Part shown: positions 37,188 to 47,633 of the stretch, piece after piece
Layout of the letters: each line of letters starts with the position of its first letter
How positions within the stretch are numbered: position 1 is the stretch's first letter
Origin: Bacilli bacterium
GTDB lineage: Bacteria > Bacillota_I > Bacilli_A > RF39 > UBA660
NCBI GenBank assembly: GCA_017405445.1
Contig: JAFRAK010000007.1
Coordinates: forward strand, 28,321-92,320
Direction of reading: 5' to 3'
Length of the DNA: 64,000 nucleotides
Made by a program: the position numbers and the translations under genes
The notes under the pieces: generated by a model
Database searches by the model: none
What the model was told of the DNA's origin: nothing
The model's input: the letters and a program-made list of their open reading frames with translations, nothing else

Positions 37188-39620
37188 GTGAAATGTATGT
37201 GGAGCGTATTATACTTATTTCAATCATTGCTATTTGTATGTTTATTAGTAGTTGTCTTTTTATCAAAAAAGACTATAGAATCTGAAGAAAATAAATTATT
37301 TAATATTTTAACTATTGAAGAAATAATTGTCTTAATAACAGAAATATCTCTTCATTTTTCAACAAAATATGCAGGCACGGAAAGTATCCTAACCATATTG
37401 TTAGCAAAAGTCTTTTTAATTGAGATATTTTCTTGGTTTTGTATTTTCTCAATTTATACATATTATGTTACAAGAGCAAAGAAAATTGAAAATAAAGAAA
37501 AAAGAGAATCTACATATAATATTGTCACTTCAATTATTAGTGGCTTAAATATTGTAGGAAGTTTATTGTTTTTAGTATTACCAATTAAAATAATGATGAA
37601 TGGAGAAGCAAAATATAGTTATGGGCCAGCAGTTAATGCATTAAAAGTTTTCTTGGGAATTGGTTTAACTTTTTGGCTAATCCTATTATTAATCAATCGA
37701 AAAGATATGAAACAAAAGCAATTTGCGCCAATCTATTCTGTTATGCTGTTATTAATTGTTAATCTAATCCTACAAACAATTAATCCATCTATTTTAATTG
37801 CTTCTTCAACCATGGCATTTACTTTATTTATCATGTTCTTTACCATTGAAAATCCAGATTTAAAAATGATTGCTGAATTAGAAGTAGCAAAAGAACAAGC
37901 AGAGAAGGCCAATAATGCAAAAACAGATTTCTTATCAAATATGTCTCATGAAATTCGTACACCATTAAATGCTATAGTTGGATTTAGTGATTGTATTATG
38001 GATAGCAATGATATTACAGAAGCGAAAGAAAATGCTAAAGATATTGTAAATGCAACTCAAACGTTACTTGAAATTGTAAATGGAATACTCGATATTTCAA
38101 AAATAGAAGCAGGAAAACTAGAAATAATAAATTCAAAATATAATCCAGAAGAAACTTTCATGGAACTTGCTAGATTAATCTCTACAAGAATGAGAGAGAA
38201 AGGACTTGATTTTACTTATTATATTGCTCCAGACATTCCAAAAACACTTTACGGAGATTATGCGAATATTAAAAAAGTAGTTACAAACTTATTGAGTAAT
38301 GCTTGTAAATATACAGATAGTGGATTTGTTAGATATGAAGTTAATTGTGTAAATATGAAAGACTACACAAGATTAATTATTTCCGTAGAAGATTCTGGAA
38401 GAGGAATAAAAAAAGACAGTGTTGAGAAATTATTTACAAAATTTCAAAGATTAGAAGAAGATAGAAATACAACAATTGAAGGAACAGGATTAGGACTTGC
38501 CATTACAAAACAATTAACAGAATTAATGGGAGGAAAAGTAATTGTTCATACAGTTTATGGAAAAGGATCTAAATTTACAATTGTCTTAAATCAAAAAATA
38601 ACAGAACCTGATATCAAAAATACAAGAAAAGTAAAAGATACACTTGATTTGTATAATATAAAAATATTAGTAGTAGATGATGCATTTACGAATTTAAAAG
38701 TTGCGACTAAACTATTAGAAAAATTCAATGCAAATTGTATAGAATTATGTGATAGTGGTTTTGAATGTATTGATAGAATCAAAGCTGGAAAAAAATATGA
38801 TGTAATTCTATTAGATGATATGATGCCTAAAATGAGTGGAGTATTAACTCTTCAAGAACTAAAAAAACTTCCAGATTTTCATATCCCAACCATTGCATTA
38901 ACAGCTAATGCTATAACAGGAATGAGAGAAAAATATATTCAAGATGGATTTGATGATTTTTTAGCAAAACCAATTGAGAAAGAAGAATTAATACGTGTCT
39001 TAAATCAAGTCCTTGGTAGATGTGTAACAGAAGAATTAGAAATTGTGTCTGAAACAAAGGAAGAAGAGAAAGAAGAAAATAAAAATGAGATTATCCCAGT
39101 AGAAGATAATATTGAACAGATTTTAGGAGATCAAGTTAAATTAAAGATGAAAGAACAAATCAATGAAAAAGAATCCATAGAAATTGTGGAAGAAAAAAAG
39201 AAAGATAGTAATATTCTTCCAGTTGTGGATATTAACACTGAAATACCAAATAAAGAGTCATATGATGAAAAATATTTACAAGAAAATGGAGTAGATTTAG
39301 AAAAAGCACTTGAACTGTTAGGTGATATGGATATGTATAATTCTACGATTCAAGATTTTAAAGAAGAAATGGAAGAAAAATGGAATCGTATTACAGATTA
39401 TAAAAATCAAAAAGATATGGAAAATTATGCAATAGATGTTCATTCCCTAAAAAGTGATTGTAAATATTTAGGTTTTATGACTCTAGCAGATATTGCTTAT
39501 AATCATGAATTAAAAAGTAAAAAAAATGATCAAAAATATATAGATAATCATTTTGAAGAATTAGAAAATGAATTTAACAAAGTAAAAGAAATTGTAAATA
39601 ATTATGTAAATAACAGGTGA
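37188..39620 (+). CDS. Hybrid sensor histidine kinase / response regulator with C-terminal Hpt domain and polytopic N-terminal sensor
   Basis: HisKA H-box [12 protein letters not shown]. HATPase G-boxes. REC domain ILVVDDAF...[12 protein letters not shown]. Hpt [12 protein letters not shown]. Confidence 0.85.
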   Translation: MKCMWSVLYLFQSLLFVCLLVVVFLSKKTIESEENKLFNILTIEEIIVLITEISLHFSTKYAGTESILTILLAKVFLIEIFSWFCIFSIYTYYVTRAKKIENKEKRESTYNIVTSIISGLNIVGSLLFLVLPIKIMMNGEAKYSYGPAVNALKVFLGIGLTFWLILLLINRKDMKQKQFAPIYSVMLLLIVNLILQTINPSILIASSTMAFTLFIMFFTIENPDLKMIAELEVAKEQAEKANNAKTDFLSNMSHEIRTPLNAIVGFSDCIMDSNDITEAKENAKDIVNATQTLLEIVNGILDISKIEAGKLEIINSKYNPEETFMELARLISTRMREKGLDFTYYIAPDIPKTLYGDYANIKKVVTNLLSNACKYTDSGFVRYEVNCVNMKDYTRLIISVEDSGRGIKKDSVEKLFTKFQRLEEDRNTTIEGTGLGLAITKQLTELMGGKVIVHTVYGKGSKFTIVLNQKITEPDIKNTRKVKDTLDLYNIKILVVDDAFTNLKVATKLLEKFNANCIELCDSGFECIDRIKAGKKYDVILLDDMMPKMSGVLTLQELKKLPDFHIPTIALTANAITGMREKYIQDGFDDFLAKPIEKEELIRVLNQVLGRCVTEELEIVSETKEEEKEENKNEIIPVEDNIEQILGDQVKLKMKEQINEKESIEIVEEKKKDSNILPVVDINTEIPNKESYDEKYLQENGVDLEKALELLGDMDMYNSTIQDFKEEMEEKWNRITDYKNQKDMENYAIDVHSLKSDCKYLGFMTLADIAYNHELKSKKNDQKYIDNHFEELENEFNKVKEIVNNYVNNR

Positions 39621-39624
39621 TTAT

Positions 39625-40923
39625 ATGTATCATAAGTATAAACAAACTACAACTTATTTTATAATGATAAGTTTACTTCTAATAGGAGTAGTCTATGCTA
39701 TTCTACAAGCAAATTTACAAATCAAGGGAACTGCTAAAATAAAAGAAAATACTTGGGATATTCATTTTAATAATATAGAGGTCAATGAAAACTCTGTAAG
39801 TATAGGAGAAAATGATTCCCATGCTTCAATTGATCCAGAAAATAATTGTAAAGTAGATTTTGAAGTAACGTTATCTCTTCCAGGAGACTTCTATGAGTTT
39901 ACTGTAGATGTAGTAAATTCTGGAACAATTGATGGTATGATAGGAGAGTTAAATAAAACTCTAAAAGTAAATGGAGAATCAGTACAAGAAACTCCTGACT
40001 ATCTAAACTATTCTGTAACTTATGCAGATGGAATGGAAATACTAGAAAATCATAAATTATCTGCAGGAACTACTGAAACATTTCTAGTACGTTTAGAGTT
40101 TAAAACTGATATCGAAGAATTACCTGATGCAACAACAGTGATAACTACATTAGAACCTCAATATATTCAAGCAGATTCTAGTGCCAGAATTGTTAGAGTA
40201 AATTTTGCGACAGACTCTTGGAATGATATTATTGATGATTATACCGCTGGTAAAACCAAATATTTAAAAATAGCAATGGAAGCGGGAACAACAAGAGAAG
40301 TTAGGTTAGATATGGATAATGATGGAACAGTTGATACAACCTCACATGTTAGAATTGCGAATTTGAGTACTCCAGCAGAATGTGCGACAACAGGATTTAG
40401 TCAAACAGCATGTGGTTTTGTCATAGAATTTGCAGATATTATTTCAACATATCCTATGAAAAACGATAGTAACAATTCTGGAAGTTGGGAAAATTCAACA
40501 ATGAGAACTTATGTTAATGGTATAATATTTAATTCTCTTCCAACTGCATTAAAGAATGTAGTAATTAATACAAAAGTAGTGTCGGGATATGGATATTTAG
40601 ACTCATTAAAATCAAATTATGTAACAACAGACAAATTGTTTTTATTATCTTCAAAAGAAGTACACGGGAATTCATACTCATCTTTTGATACTTCGAGTGA
40701 TTTATCAAGACAAACCGATTATTACAAGCATTTAGAAATTAATAGTAATAATAATACTGGAACAATTAAAAAGTATAATAATGAAAATGCAAATTGGTGG
40801 TTACGATCACCAAGCAGTAATGGAAATTGGGCTTTTTCTATTACCACCAACAATGGCTATCATTCTTGTAGTAGTTCTGAAAATAACAATGGAGTTTCTC
40901 CAGCCTTCCGTATTGCTGAATAA
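39625..40923 (+). CDS. Paralog-family surface protein C (conserved N-terminal domain, unique C-terminal region ending NNGVSPAFRIAE)
   Basis: Starts 5 nt after the kinase stop, using GGTGA within the kinase 3' end as RBS. Likely co-transcribed. Confidence 0.8.
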   Translation: MYHKYKQTTTYFIMISLLLIGVVYAILQANLQIKGTAKIKENTWDIHFNNIEVNENSVSIGENDSHASIDPENNCKVDFEVTLSLPGDFYEFTVDVVNSGTIDGMIGELNKTLKVNGESVQETPDYLNYSVTYADGMEILENHKLSAGTTETFLVRLEFKTDIEELPDATTVITTLEPQYIQADSSARIVRVNFATDSWNDIIDDYTAGKTKYLKIAMEAGTTREVRLDMDNDGTVDTTSHVRIANLSTPAECATTGFSQTACGFVIEFADIISTYPMKNDSNNSGSWENSTMRTYVNGIIFNSLPTALKNVVINTKVVSGYGYLDSLKSNYVTTDKLFLLSSKEVHGNSYSSFDTSSDLSRQTDYYKHLEINSNNNTGTIKKYNNENANWWLRSPSSNGNWAFSITTNNGYHSCSSSENNNGVSPAFRIAE

Positions 40924-40951
40924 AAAAATAAAGAATAGTACAACTATCCTT

Positions 40952-41410
40952 TTAAATATTTAATACATAAATAGAAAGAGAAAGAATAACTGCAAAGATA
41001 GATAAACCTATGTAAGGAAGTAGATAATACTTCTTTTTATTTTGTAACAGAGAAGTTTCTTCATATAGAAGTAAACAACTAATAAAAGTACCTAAACAAA
41101 AAACAAATCCTAAAAAATGACTTTTTAATCCAAAAAATACCAAAGTATATCCTTGATTAAATAAATAATTTACAAGTAGTGATATTTTATAAGACTTTGG
41201 AATATCTTTTATTTTATAACTACTAATAATAGAATATATTGTATATGCAGTTAAAAGATAAATAATTGACCAAGCAATTGCATAAAAATAAGTAGGTGGT
41301 GCAAAAGATGGTTTTATAATTTCATTATAATAATCATAATCAAGTGGAAATAGATTTCCTAAGAACCAAGGCAGTAAACAAACTGTATATAAGAATAATT
41401 TTTTAATCAT
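40952..41410 (-). CDS. tspO: TspO/MBR family (tryptophan-rich sensory protein) membrane protein
   Basis: IKPSFAPPTYFYAIAWSIIYLL matches the TspO kPswaPP..vF..vWt.LY signature. 5 TM helices. Confidence 0.7.
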   Translation of the reverse strand: MIKKLFLYTVCLLPWFLGNLFPLDYDYYNEIIKPSFAPPTYFYAIAWSIIYLLTAYTIYSIISSYKIKDIPKSYKISLLVNYLFNQGYTLVFFGLKSHFLGFVFCLGTFISCLLLYEETSLLQNKKKYYLLPYIGLSIFAVILSLSIYVLNI

Positions 41411-41479
41411 TTTTTCATCTCCTCTTTTATTATTGTATGTTTTATATTATAATATTATTAGTTTTTTAGGAGGAAATTT

Positions 41480-42631
41480 ATGGAAGAAGATATAATGATG
41501 GATAGAAAAAACGTATTAACAATGAAACTATTACATTATTTCATTACAGAAAAGAATTATAATCCTATCATTTTACAAGGTGTTGAAAATGAAATTTGGT
41601 TAGAAAACCTTGAAGAAAATTGTAAAGTAGTCCGTATAGTTTCCAACTATATACATAATGATGAACAATTTGACTTTGATGTTTTTAAGACAAAAAGAAT
41701 TGTAAAAAAGATTAAGAAAAAAACATTATCTTTGAGTATTAATGTAATGAGTATTTTCTTAGATATGAGTGATAATGTAAAAGAAGATATTAATATAGAT
41801 CCAAAATTAATATGTATTAATGTAAAAGATGAAAAAGATATTCAAAATAGTTCTATTATTAAAAATATATTTCCAGATTTATCAAAAAAAATGGTATATA
41901 CAGAAAATGGTGTAGAATTATTTATGAAAATTACTAGTGATATTAATAAACATAATAAAGAAGATGCAAAAAAATTAGAAGAAATATTTAAAAGTAAAGT
42001 TCCATATATAACTTATTTTTTAATTATTATTAATTGTATATTTTTCTTTGTACCAATATTATTTGGACAATATGATGATATATTAAGTAAGTTCTGGATA
42101 TATGGACCTAAGATACGTGGAGGAGAATATTATAGATTACTTACTGGTATTTTCTTACATGGAAGTATTATGCATTTACTATTAAATTGCTATTCTCTAT
42201 ATATTATTGGTTCTCAAATTGAAAGTTTCTTAGGAAAATGGAAATATATTATTATTTATTTATTCTCTGGAATAACAGGAGCACTCCTTTCAATAACATT
42301 AAATGGAATGATTCCATCAATTGGAGCTAGTGGAGCAATCTTTGGACTTATGGGATCTTTATTATACTTTGGATATTATTATAGAGTATATTTAGGAAAC
42401 GTAGTAAAATCTCAAATCATTCCATTAATTGTATTAGAACTTTCGATGGGATTCTTATCAACGGGAGTTGATAACTTTGCTCATATAGGAGGTTTAGTCG
42501 GTGGAATTATTATCACTATGGCTCTAGGAGTAAAAGATAAAACAACGAATTTTGAAAAAGTAAATGGATGGATTGTTACTGGTATATTTTTCATATTCCT
42601 GATATTCATGGCATTTGTTTTAGCAAACTAA
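41480..42631 (+). CDS. Rhomboid-family intramembrane serine protease with N-terminal cytoplasmic extension
   Basis: GASGAIFGLMGS (GxSG) and AHIGGLVGG catalytic His in 6-TM core. Confidence 0.8.
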   Translation: MEEDIMMDRKNVLTMKLLHYFITEKNYNPIILQGVENEIWLENLEENCKVVRIVSNYIHNDEQFDFDVFKTKRIVKKIKKKTLSLSINVMSIFLDMSDNVKEDINIDPKLICINVKDEKDIQNSSIIKNIFPDLSKKMVYTENGVELFMKITSDINKHNKEDAKKLEEIFKSKVPYITYFLIIINCIFFFVPILFGQYDDILSKFWIYGPKIRGGEYYRLLTGIFLHGSIMHLLLNCYSLYIIGSQIESFLGKWKYIIIYLFSGITGALLSITLNGMIPSIGASGAIFGLMGSLLYFGYYYRVYLGNVVKSQIIPLIVLELSMGFLSTGVDNFAHIGGLVGGIIITMALGVKDKTTNFEKVNGWIVTGIFFIFLIFMAFVLAN

Positions 42632-42656
42632 AAGTCACTTAGTGACTTTTTTTCTT
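42632..42656 (+). terminator. Rho-independent terminator
   Basis: AAGTCACttagGTGACTT followed by T7. Confidence 0.7.
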
Positions 42657-42718
42657 TCTATTGAATTTACAAAGTAGAAATGATAGAATAAATATATAAT
42701 ATTGTGTGAGGTGATATT

Positions 42719-42973
42719 ATGCCACAAGAACAAACTAGCTTATTTGATTTAAAAGAAATCGATACTGAAAATGTTAGAACTACATTAAAAGAAGTACATG
42801 ATTCTTTAGAAGAAAGAGGATACAATCCTACGAATCAAATTGTAGGATATTTAATCAGTGGGGATCCAGGATATATTTCTAGTTACAAAGATGCAAGAAA
42901 TAAAATACAATCTGTAGAAAGAGCCAAAATAGTAGAAATATTATTATCTGAATTTCAAAAGAATAACAAATGA
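42719..42973 (+). CDS. ireB: IreB-family (UPF0297) regulatory phosphoprotein
   Basis: GYNPTNQIVGYLISGDPGYISSYKDARN core signature. Confidence 0.85.
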   Translation: MPQEQTSLFDLKEIDTENVRTTLKEVHDSLEERGYNPTNQIVGYLISGDPGYISSYKDARNKIQSVERAKIVEILLSEFQKNNK

Positions 42974-43386
42974 GATATTTAGGTTTAGATTTAGGTAGTA
43001 GAACATTAGGAGTATCTTTAAGTGATAAAACAGGTTTAATTGCGAGTAGTTTAAAGATTATTCATCATAATGAAGAATATGATAGATTACTAAAAGAAGT
43101 AGAAGAATTAGTAAAAGAATATGAAATTGACGCAGTGGTATTAGGTCTTCCTAAGAATATGAATGGAACAATAGGAGAAAAAGGAGAACTAAGTCAAATC
43201 TTTAAAGAAAACTTAGAAAAAATCTTATCAATACCAGTTTATTTACAAGATGAAAGATTATCTACTAAAGAAGCAACAAATACCTTGATACAAGGCAATA
43301 TGTCTAGAAAAAAAAGAAAAGAAGTAATTGATGCAGTGGCTGCAACTATTATCTTACAATCATATTTAGATAGGAGAGAAAAATAA
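42970..43386 (+). CDS. ruvX: Holliday-junction resolvase-like RuvX/YqgF
   Basis: RYLGLDLGSRTLGVSLSD RNase H-like start. Overlaps ireB stop (ATGA). Confidence 0.85.
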   Translation: MRYLGLDLGSRTLGVSLSDKTGLIASSLKIIHHNEEYDRLLKEVEELVKEYEIDAVVLGLPKNMNGTIGEKGELSQIFKENLEKILSIPVYLQDERLSTKEATNTLIQGNMSRKKRKEVIDAVAATIILQSYLDRREK

Positions 43387-43685
43387 TGAAAAAGAATTCG
43401 TTTAGTATGATAGATGAAAATGAAAATGAAATAATTTATGATGTTTTATTTACATTTGAAAATGAAGAAACAAATAAAAACTATATTGTTTATACAGACA
43501 ATACAAAAGATGAAAAAGGAAATATCCAAGTATATGCTTCAACATATGACCCAGAAGATCCACATAGTAAATTAGAAGCTATTAAATCAGATAAAGAATG
43601 GAAAGTTATTGAAACAATCCTTGAAACACTTCAAGAAGAAGTAAGAAACAAAAAGAATAAAGAAGATGAAAATAACGGAGAATAG
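43386..43685 (+). CDS. DUF1292 family protein
   Basis: IIYDVLFTFENEETNKNYIVYTD. Conserved position after ruvX. Confidence 0.7.
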   Translation: MKKNSFSMIDENENEIIYDVLFTFENEETNKNYIVYTDNTKDEKGNIQVYASTYDPEDPHSKLEAIKSDKEWKVIETILETLQEEVRNKKNKEDENNGE

Positions 43686-43711
43686 TATCTGTTATTTTGG
43701 AGGTTGTAAAG

Positions 43712-44782
43712 ATGAAAGGGTTTAAGAAGTTTTTAATATTTTGTTTATTTTTAATCGCAATCGCATCAATAGGAGCTGGAGTTGGATGGATGTATTTTAC
43801 ATCTCCTGTAAATCCAAATAGTAAAAAAGATGTTAAAGTAGAGATTAAAAGTAATACAAATTCTACTAAAATAGCAGAAACGTTAAAAAGAAAAGATTTA
43901 ATTAAAAGTATTCTTATCTTTAAAATCTATTTAAAAGTGAATAATATTAATAATTTAAAAGCATCAAATTATACATTTAATAAAAGTATGACTATGGAAG
44001 AAATAGTAGATGCTTTACAAAAAGGTGTAGTAACAAATGAAAATGATATTAAAGTTACATTTAAAGATGGATTAAGAGTAACGGATTATGCTACAGTAAT
44101 CGCTAATAATTTTAATAAAGAATATGATATTGTACTTGATGTATTTAAAGATAGAGAATATGCTAAAACATTAATTGAAAAATATTGGTTTTTAACAGAT
44201 AAAATATTAGATGAATCAATATATTATCCATTAGAAGGATATCTTGCTCCAGAAACATATTATTTTGAAAAAGATTCAACGATAGAATCTATTATTATTA
44301 AAATGTTAGATCAAACAGAAACAATATTAGAAGATTATAAAGAAAAAATGAGTAGTGATCCACATTACTATATGACAATGGCTTCTATTGTACAACTAGA
44401 AGGAACTAATTCAGAAAATAGAAAAATGATTACTGGAGTATTTGAAAACAGATTAAATTCCGGAATGAATTTAGGTAGTGATGTAACAACATATTATGCA
44501 TTACAAGAAAGTATGACAATAGATTTGACAAAAGATCAATTTAATACAGAGAATCAATATAATACTAGAGGACCAAATATGATTGGTAAAATGCCAATAG
44601 GACCTATATGTAATCCAAATGCAGGTAGTATTGAAGCTGCAGTAAATCCAACTGCAAATGAGTATTATTTCTTTGTAGCAGATAAAAATGGAGAAATCTA
44701 TTTTACAAAAACAAATGCTGAACATGATCAAAAAGTTGCTGAATTAAAAGCAAATGGATTATGGATAGAATTTAGTAATTAG
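43712..44782 (+). CDS. mltG: Endolytic murein transglycosylase MltG (YceG-like)
   Basis: N-terminal TM. C-terminal GKMPIGPICNPNAGSIEAAVNP motif. Confidence 0.8.
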   Translation: MKGFKKFLIFCLFLIAIASIGAGVGWMYFTSPVNPNSKKDVKVEIKSNTNSTKIAETLKRKDLIKSILIFKIYLKVNNINNLKASNYTFNKSMTMEEIVDALQKGVVTNENDIKVTFKDGLRVTDYATVIANNFNKEYDIVLDVFKDREYAKTLIEKYWFLTDKILDESIYYPLEGYLAPETYYFEKDSTIESIIIKMLDQTETILEDYKEKMSSDPHYYMTMASIVQLEGTNSENRKMITGVFENRLNSGMNLGSDVTTYYALQESMTIDLTKDQFNTENQYNTRGPNMIGKMPIGPICNPNAGSIEAAVNPTANEYYFFVADKNGEIYFTKTNAEHDQKVAELKANGLWIEFSN

Positions 44783-44792
44783 AAGGTGTAGT

Positions 44793-45380
44793 ATGCAAAA
44801 CGATTTAATTGCACAAATGAGAAACTATGCAGAAGAATATAATGTACCAATTATGGTAGATGAAGGAATCAATTTTGTAAGAAATTATATCGCAAGAAAT
44901 GATGTAAAAAGTATTTTAGAAATTGGAACTGCAATTGGTTATTCTGCAATATTAATGGCTATGGTAAGACCAGATATTCAAATTACAACAATAGAAAGAG
45001 ATGAAAAAAGATATCTAGAAGCTATCAAAAATATAAAGAAAGCTAATATGCAAGATAGAATTCATCTAATCTACAAAGATGCTTTAGAAGTAGAATTAGA
45101 AGAACAATATGATTTATTATTTATAGACGCTGCCAAAGCTCAAAATATTAAGTTTTTTGAAAGATTTGAGAAGAACCTAAGACCATTTGGTACAGTAATC
45201 ACTGATAATATGAGTTTTCATGGTTTAGTAAATCAAGATGAAGAACAAATTGAAAGTAGAAATGTAAGACAATTAGTTAGAAAAGTAAAAGACTATAAAG
45301 CCTTTCTAGAGCAAAATCAAGCATTTCGTACAGAATTCCTAGAAATAGGAGATGGAATAGCAGTAAGTATAAAGAAGTAG
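44793..45380 (+). CDS. Class I SAM-dependent O-methyltransferase (YrrM/TrmR-like)
   Basis: SAM motif ILEIGTAIGYSAILMA. Position after mltG as in Bacillus yrr cluster. Confidence 0.75.
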   Translation: MQNDLIAQMRNYAEEYNVPIMVDEGINFVRNYIARNDVKSILEIGTAIGYSAILMAMVRPDIQITTIERDEKRYLEAIKNIKKANMQDRIHLIYKDALEVELEEQYDLLFIDAAKAQNIKFFERFEKNLRPFGTVITDNMSFHGLVNQDEEQIESRNVRQLVRKVKDYKAFLEQNQAFRTEFLEIGDGIAVSIKK

Positions 45381-45399
45381 AAATACTTCTTTTTTTTTT
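45373..45399 (+). terminator. Rho-independent terminator
   Basis: AGAAGTAgaaaTACTTCT followed by T9. Confidence 0.7.
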
Positions 45400-45481
45400 G
45401 TCAAATTTTACATATTGTTTTAAAATGAATAAAAGAAGAGTAATCAAACTATGATACAATAAAATCAAAGGTAGAGAAAAT

Positions 45482-47314
45482 ATGAGAAGAAACAAGGAAC
45501 AAGTAACAATTTATTTTATATTATTTAGTTTAATTCTTATAGGGGTAGTCTACGCTATTTTACAAGCAAATCTACAAATTAATGGAATAGCGAAGATTAA
45601 ATCAAATACTTGGGATATTCATTTTGATAATATTCAGATTAATTCTAATAGTGTTTCTATTGGAGATGATGATTCAGCTGCAACAATTGATCCAAATGAT
45701 ACTAGTAAAGTTGATTTTTCTGTTACTTTATCTACTCCAGGAGACTTTTATGAATTTACTGTTGATGTAGTAAATGCAGGAACAATTGATGGAATGATTG
45801 AATTATTAACACAAGAGATGAAAGTAAATAATGAAGTAGTACAAAAAACACCAAATTATTTAAACTATATTGTTACTTATGAAGATGATTCTTCCATTTT
45901 ACTAAAACACTTATTGGAAGCCGGAGAAACATTAACATATAAAGTAAGATTAGAGTTCAAAACAGATATAGAAGAATTACCTGAAGCCGCAACAATCAAC
46001 TCTTCATTTGGAGTACAATTTGTACAAGCAGATGATACTGCAATAAAAAAGAGACCATATTATGCCTGTACTTTTGATGGAGATTTAGTACAAGGAGCAG
46101 AATATACAAATGGACAATATACATATCGGTATATGCAAGAATATGGCACTTGGAATTCTAGTTCTCAGTCTTATGAATGGAGAAATATAGATAATGATGG
46201 CTGGGGAGTCCATTTATCAGACACTTCTTCAACTGATTCTGTTACTTCAAGATTATGTACTTCTATCAATGATAAGCCTATTGTTTCTATGAGTTATATG
46301 TTTTATGAAAGTAAATCCACAAGCGTTGATACTACAAGTTTTAATACATCAAATGTAACAAATATGATTAATATGTTTAATGGATGTAGTAGTCTAACTG
46401 ATATTGATGTAACTAAATTTGATACATCTAACGTAACAAATATGATTAATATGTTTAATGGATGTAGTAGTCTAACTGATATTGATGTAACTAAATTTGA
46501 TACATCTAACGTAACAAATATGTTTGGAATGTTTGCAAATTGTAGTAATCTTAATGATATTGATGTGACTGAATTTGATACATCTAACGTAACAAATATG
46601 TCTGGAATGTTTGCAAATTGTAGTAATCTTAATGATATTGATGTGACTGAATTTGATACATCTAAAGTAACAAATATGAATGGAATGTTTTCAAATTGTA
46701 GTAATCTTAATGATATTGATGTGACTGAATTTGATACCTCTAATGTAACAAATATGGGTGGAATGTTTTCAGGTTGTAGTAGTTTAACAGAATTAGATTT
46801 AAGTGGTTTTGATTTAAGAGGAGCATCTTCCTTTGGTGCAATTGCAGGAAATATTTTTTATGGAACTTCTTCTTTAAAAAAACTAAATCTAAGTAATATG
46901 AAACTTCCACCTGATATGTCTCATGCTATATTTAGAAGTGGTGCAGCAAGTTCTTCACCAATAGAAGAAATAGATGTTACTGGATGGGATTTAAGTAATA
47001 CTACAAATGTTTCTGGAATGTTAGGCAGTTATGGTTCTAATGGATTTGGAGGAACAGGATTAAAAAGAATAATAGGTCTTGATACCTGGGATACTTCTCA
47101 TATTACAAATATGTCTTATATGTTTCAAGGACTATCTTCTTTAACAACATTAGACCTAAGTAGTTTTAATACTTCTAATGTCACTAATACAGATAACATG
47201 TTTGATGGATGTACATCAGTAACTACTGCTTATGGTAGAACTAATTCTGATATCACAAAATTTAATGCATCAAGTAATAAACCATCTAACATTACATTTA
47301 TACCAAAACCTTAA
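45482..47314 (+). CDS. Paralog-family surface protein D: conserved N-terminal domain plus DUF285/BspA-type LRR array
   Basis: N-terminus aligns with A, B and C. Repeats FDTSNVTNMxxMFxxCSxLxDIDVT. Confidence 0.8.
   Translation: MRRNKEQVTIYFILFSLILIGVVYAILQANLQINGIAKIKSNTWDIHFDNIQINSNSVSIGDDDSAATIDPNDTSKVDFSVTLSTPGDFYEFTVDVVNAGTIDGMIELLTQEMKVNNEVVQKTPNYLNYIVTYEDDSSILLKHLLEAGETLTYKVRLEFKTDIEELPEAATINSSFGVQFVQADDTAIKKRPYYACTFDGDLVQGAEYTNGQYTYRYMQEYGTWNSSSQSYEWRNIDNDGWGVHLSDTSSTDSVTSRLCTSINDKPIVSMSYMFYESKSTSVDTTSFNTSNVTNMINMFNGCSSLTDIDVTKFDTSNVTNMINMFNGCSSLTDIDVTKFDTSNVTNMFGMFANCSNLNDIDVTEFDTSNVTNMSGMFANCSNLNDIDVTEFDTSKVTNMNGMFSNCSNLNDIDVTEFDTSNVTNMGGMFSGCSSLTELDLSGFDLRGASSFGAIAGNIFYGTSSLKKLNLSNMKLPPDMSHAIFRSGAASSSPIEEIDVTGWDLSNTTNVSGMLGSYGSNGFGGTGLKRIIGLDTWDTSHITNMSYMFQGLSSLTTLDLSSFNTSNVTNTDNMFDGCTSVTTAYGRTNSDITKFNASSNKPSNITFIPKP
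46355..46744 (+). repeat. Five consecutive 78-bp tandem repeats inside gene D. Units 1 and 2 are 100% identical. Units 3-5 differ at a few positions
   Basis: Direct comparison of 46355-46432 vs 46433-46510 (identical) and following units. Confidence 0.85.
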
Positions 47315-47324
47315 AAAGATAATA

Positions 47325-47360
47325 AAAAAGTATTTAATTATTTCATTAAATACTTTTTTC
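47325..47360 (+). terminator. Rho-independent terminator
   Basis: AAAGTATTTAAttatttcaTTAAATACTTT followed by T6. Confidence 0.65.
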
Positions 47361-47633
47361 TATATTTTTTAGCAAATAGCAGCACCATAACCTTCATTGC
47401 TATATTGCAAAGATTTAGTACTTATAGAAATTAATAACAGTAATATCAATAATATTATTTTTTTCACAATGGCACCACTTTATTATTATCATTATAATAT
47501 GAATGAAAAAAATGTATACATAATAAAGTATTCACAAAAAAAGACTATAAATTTGAAAATACTTTGCTTTTTCTTTACGTTTTATTAAAAAAGGACTATA
47601 ATATTGTAAATAAAGTTTTTGAGGAGGGGTACA

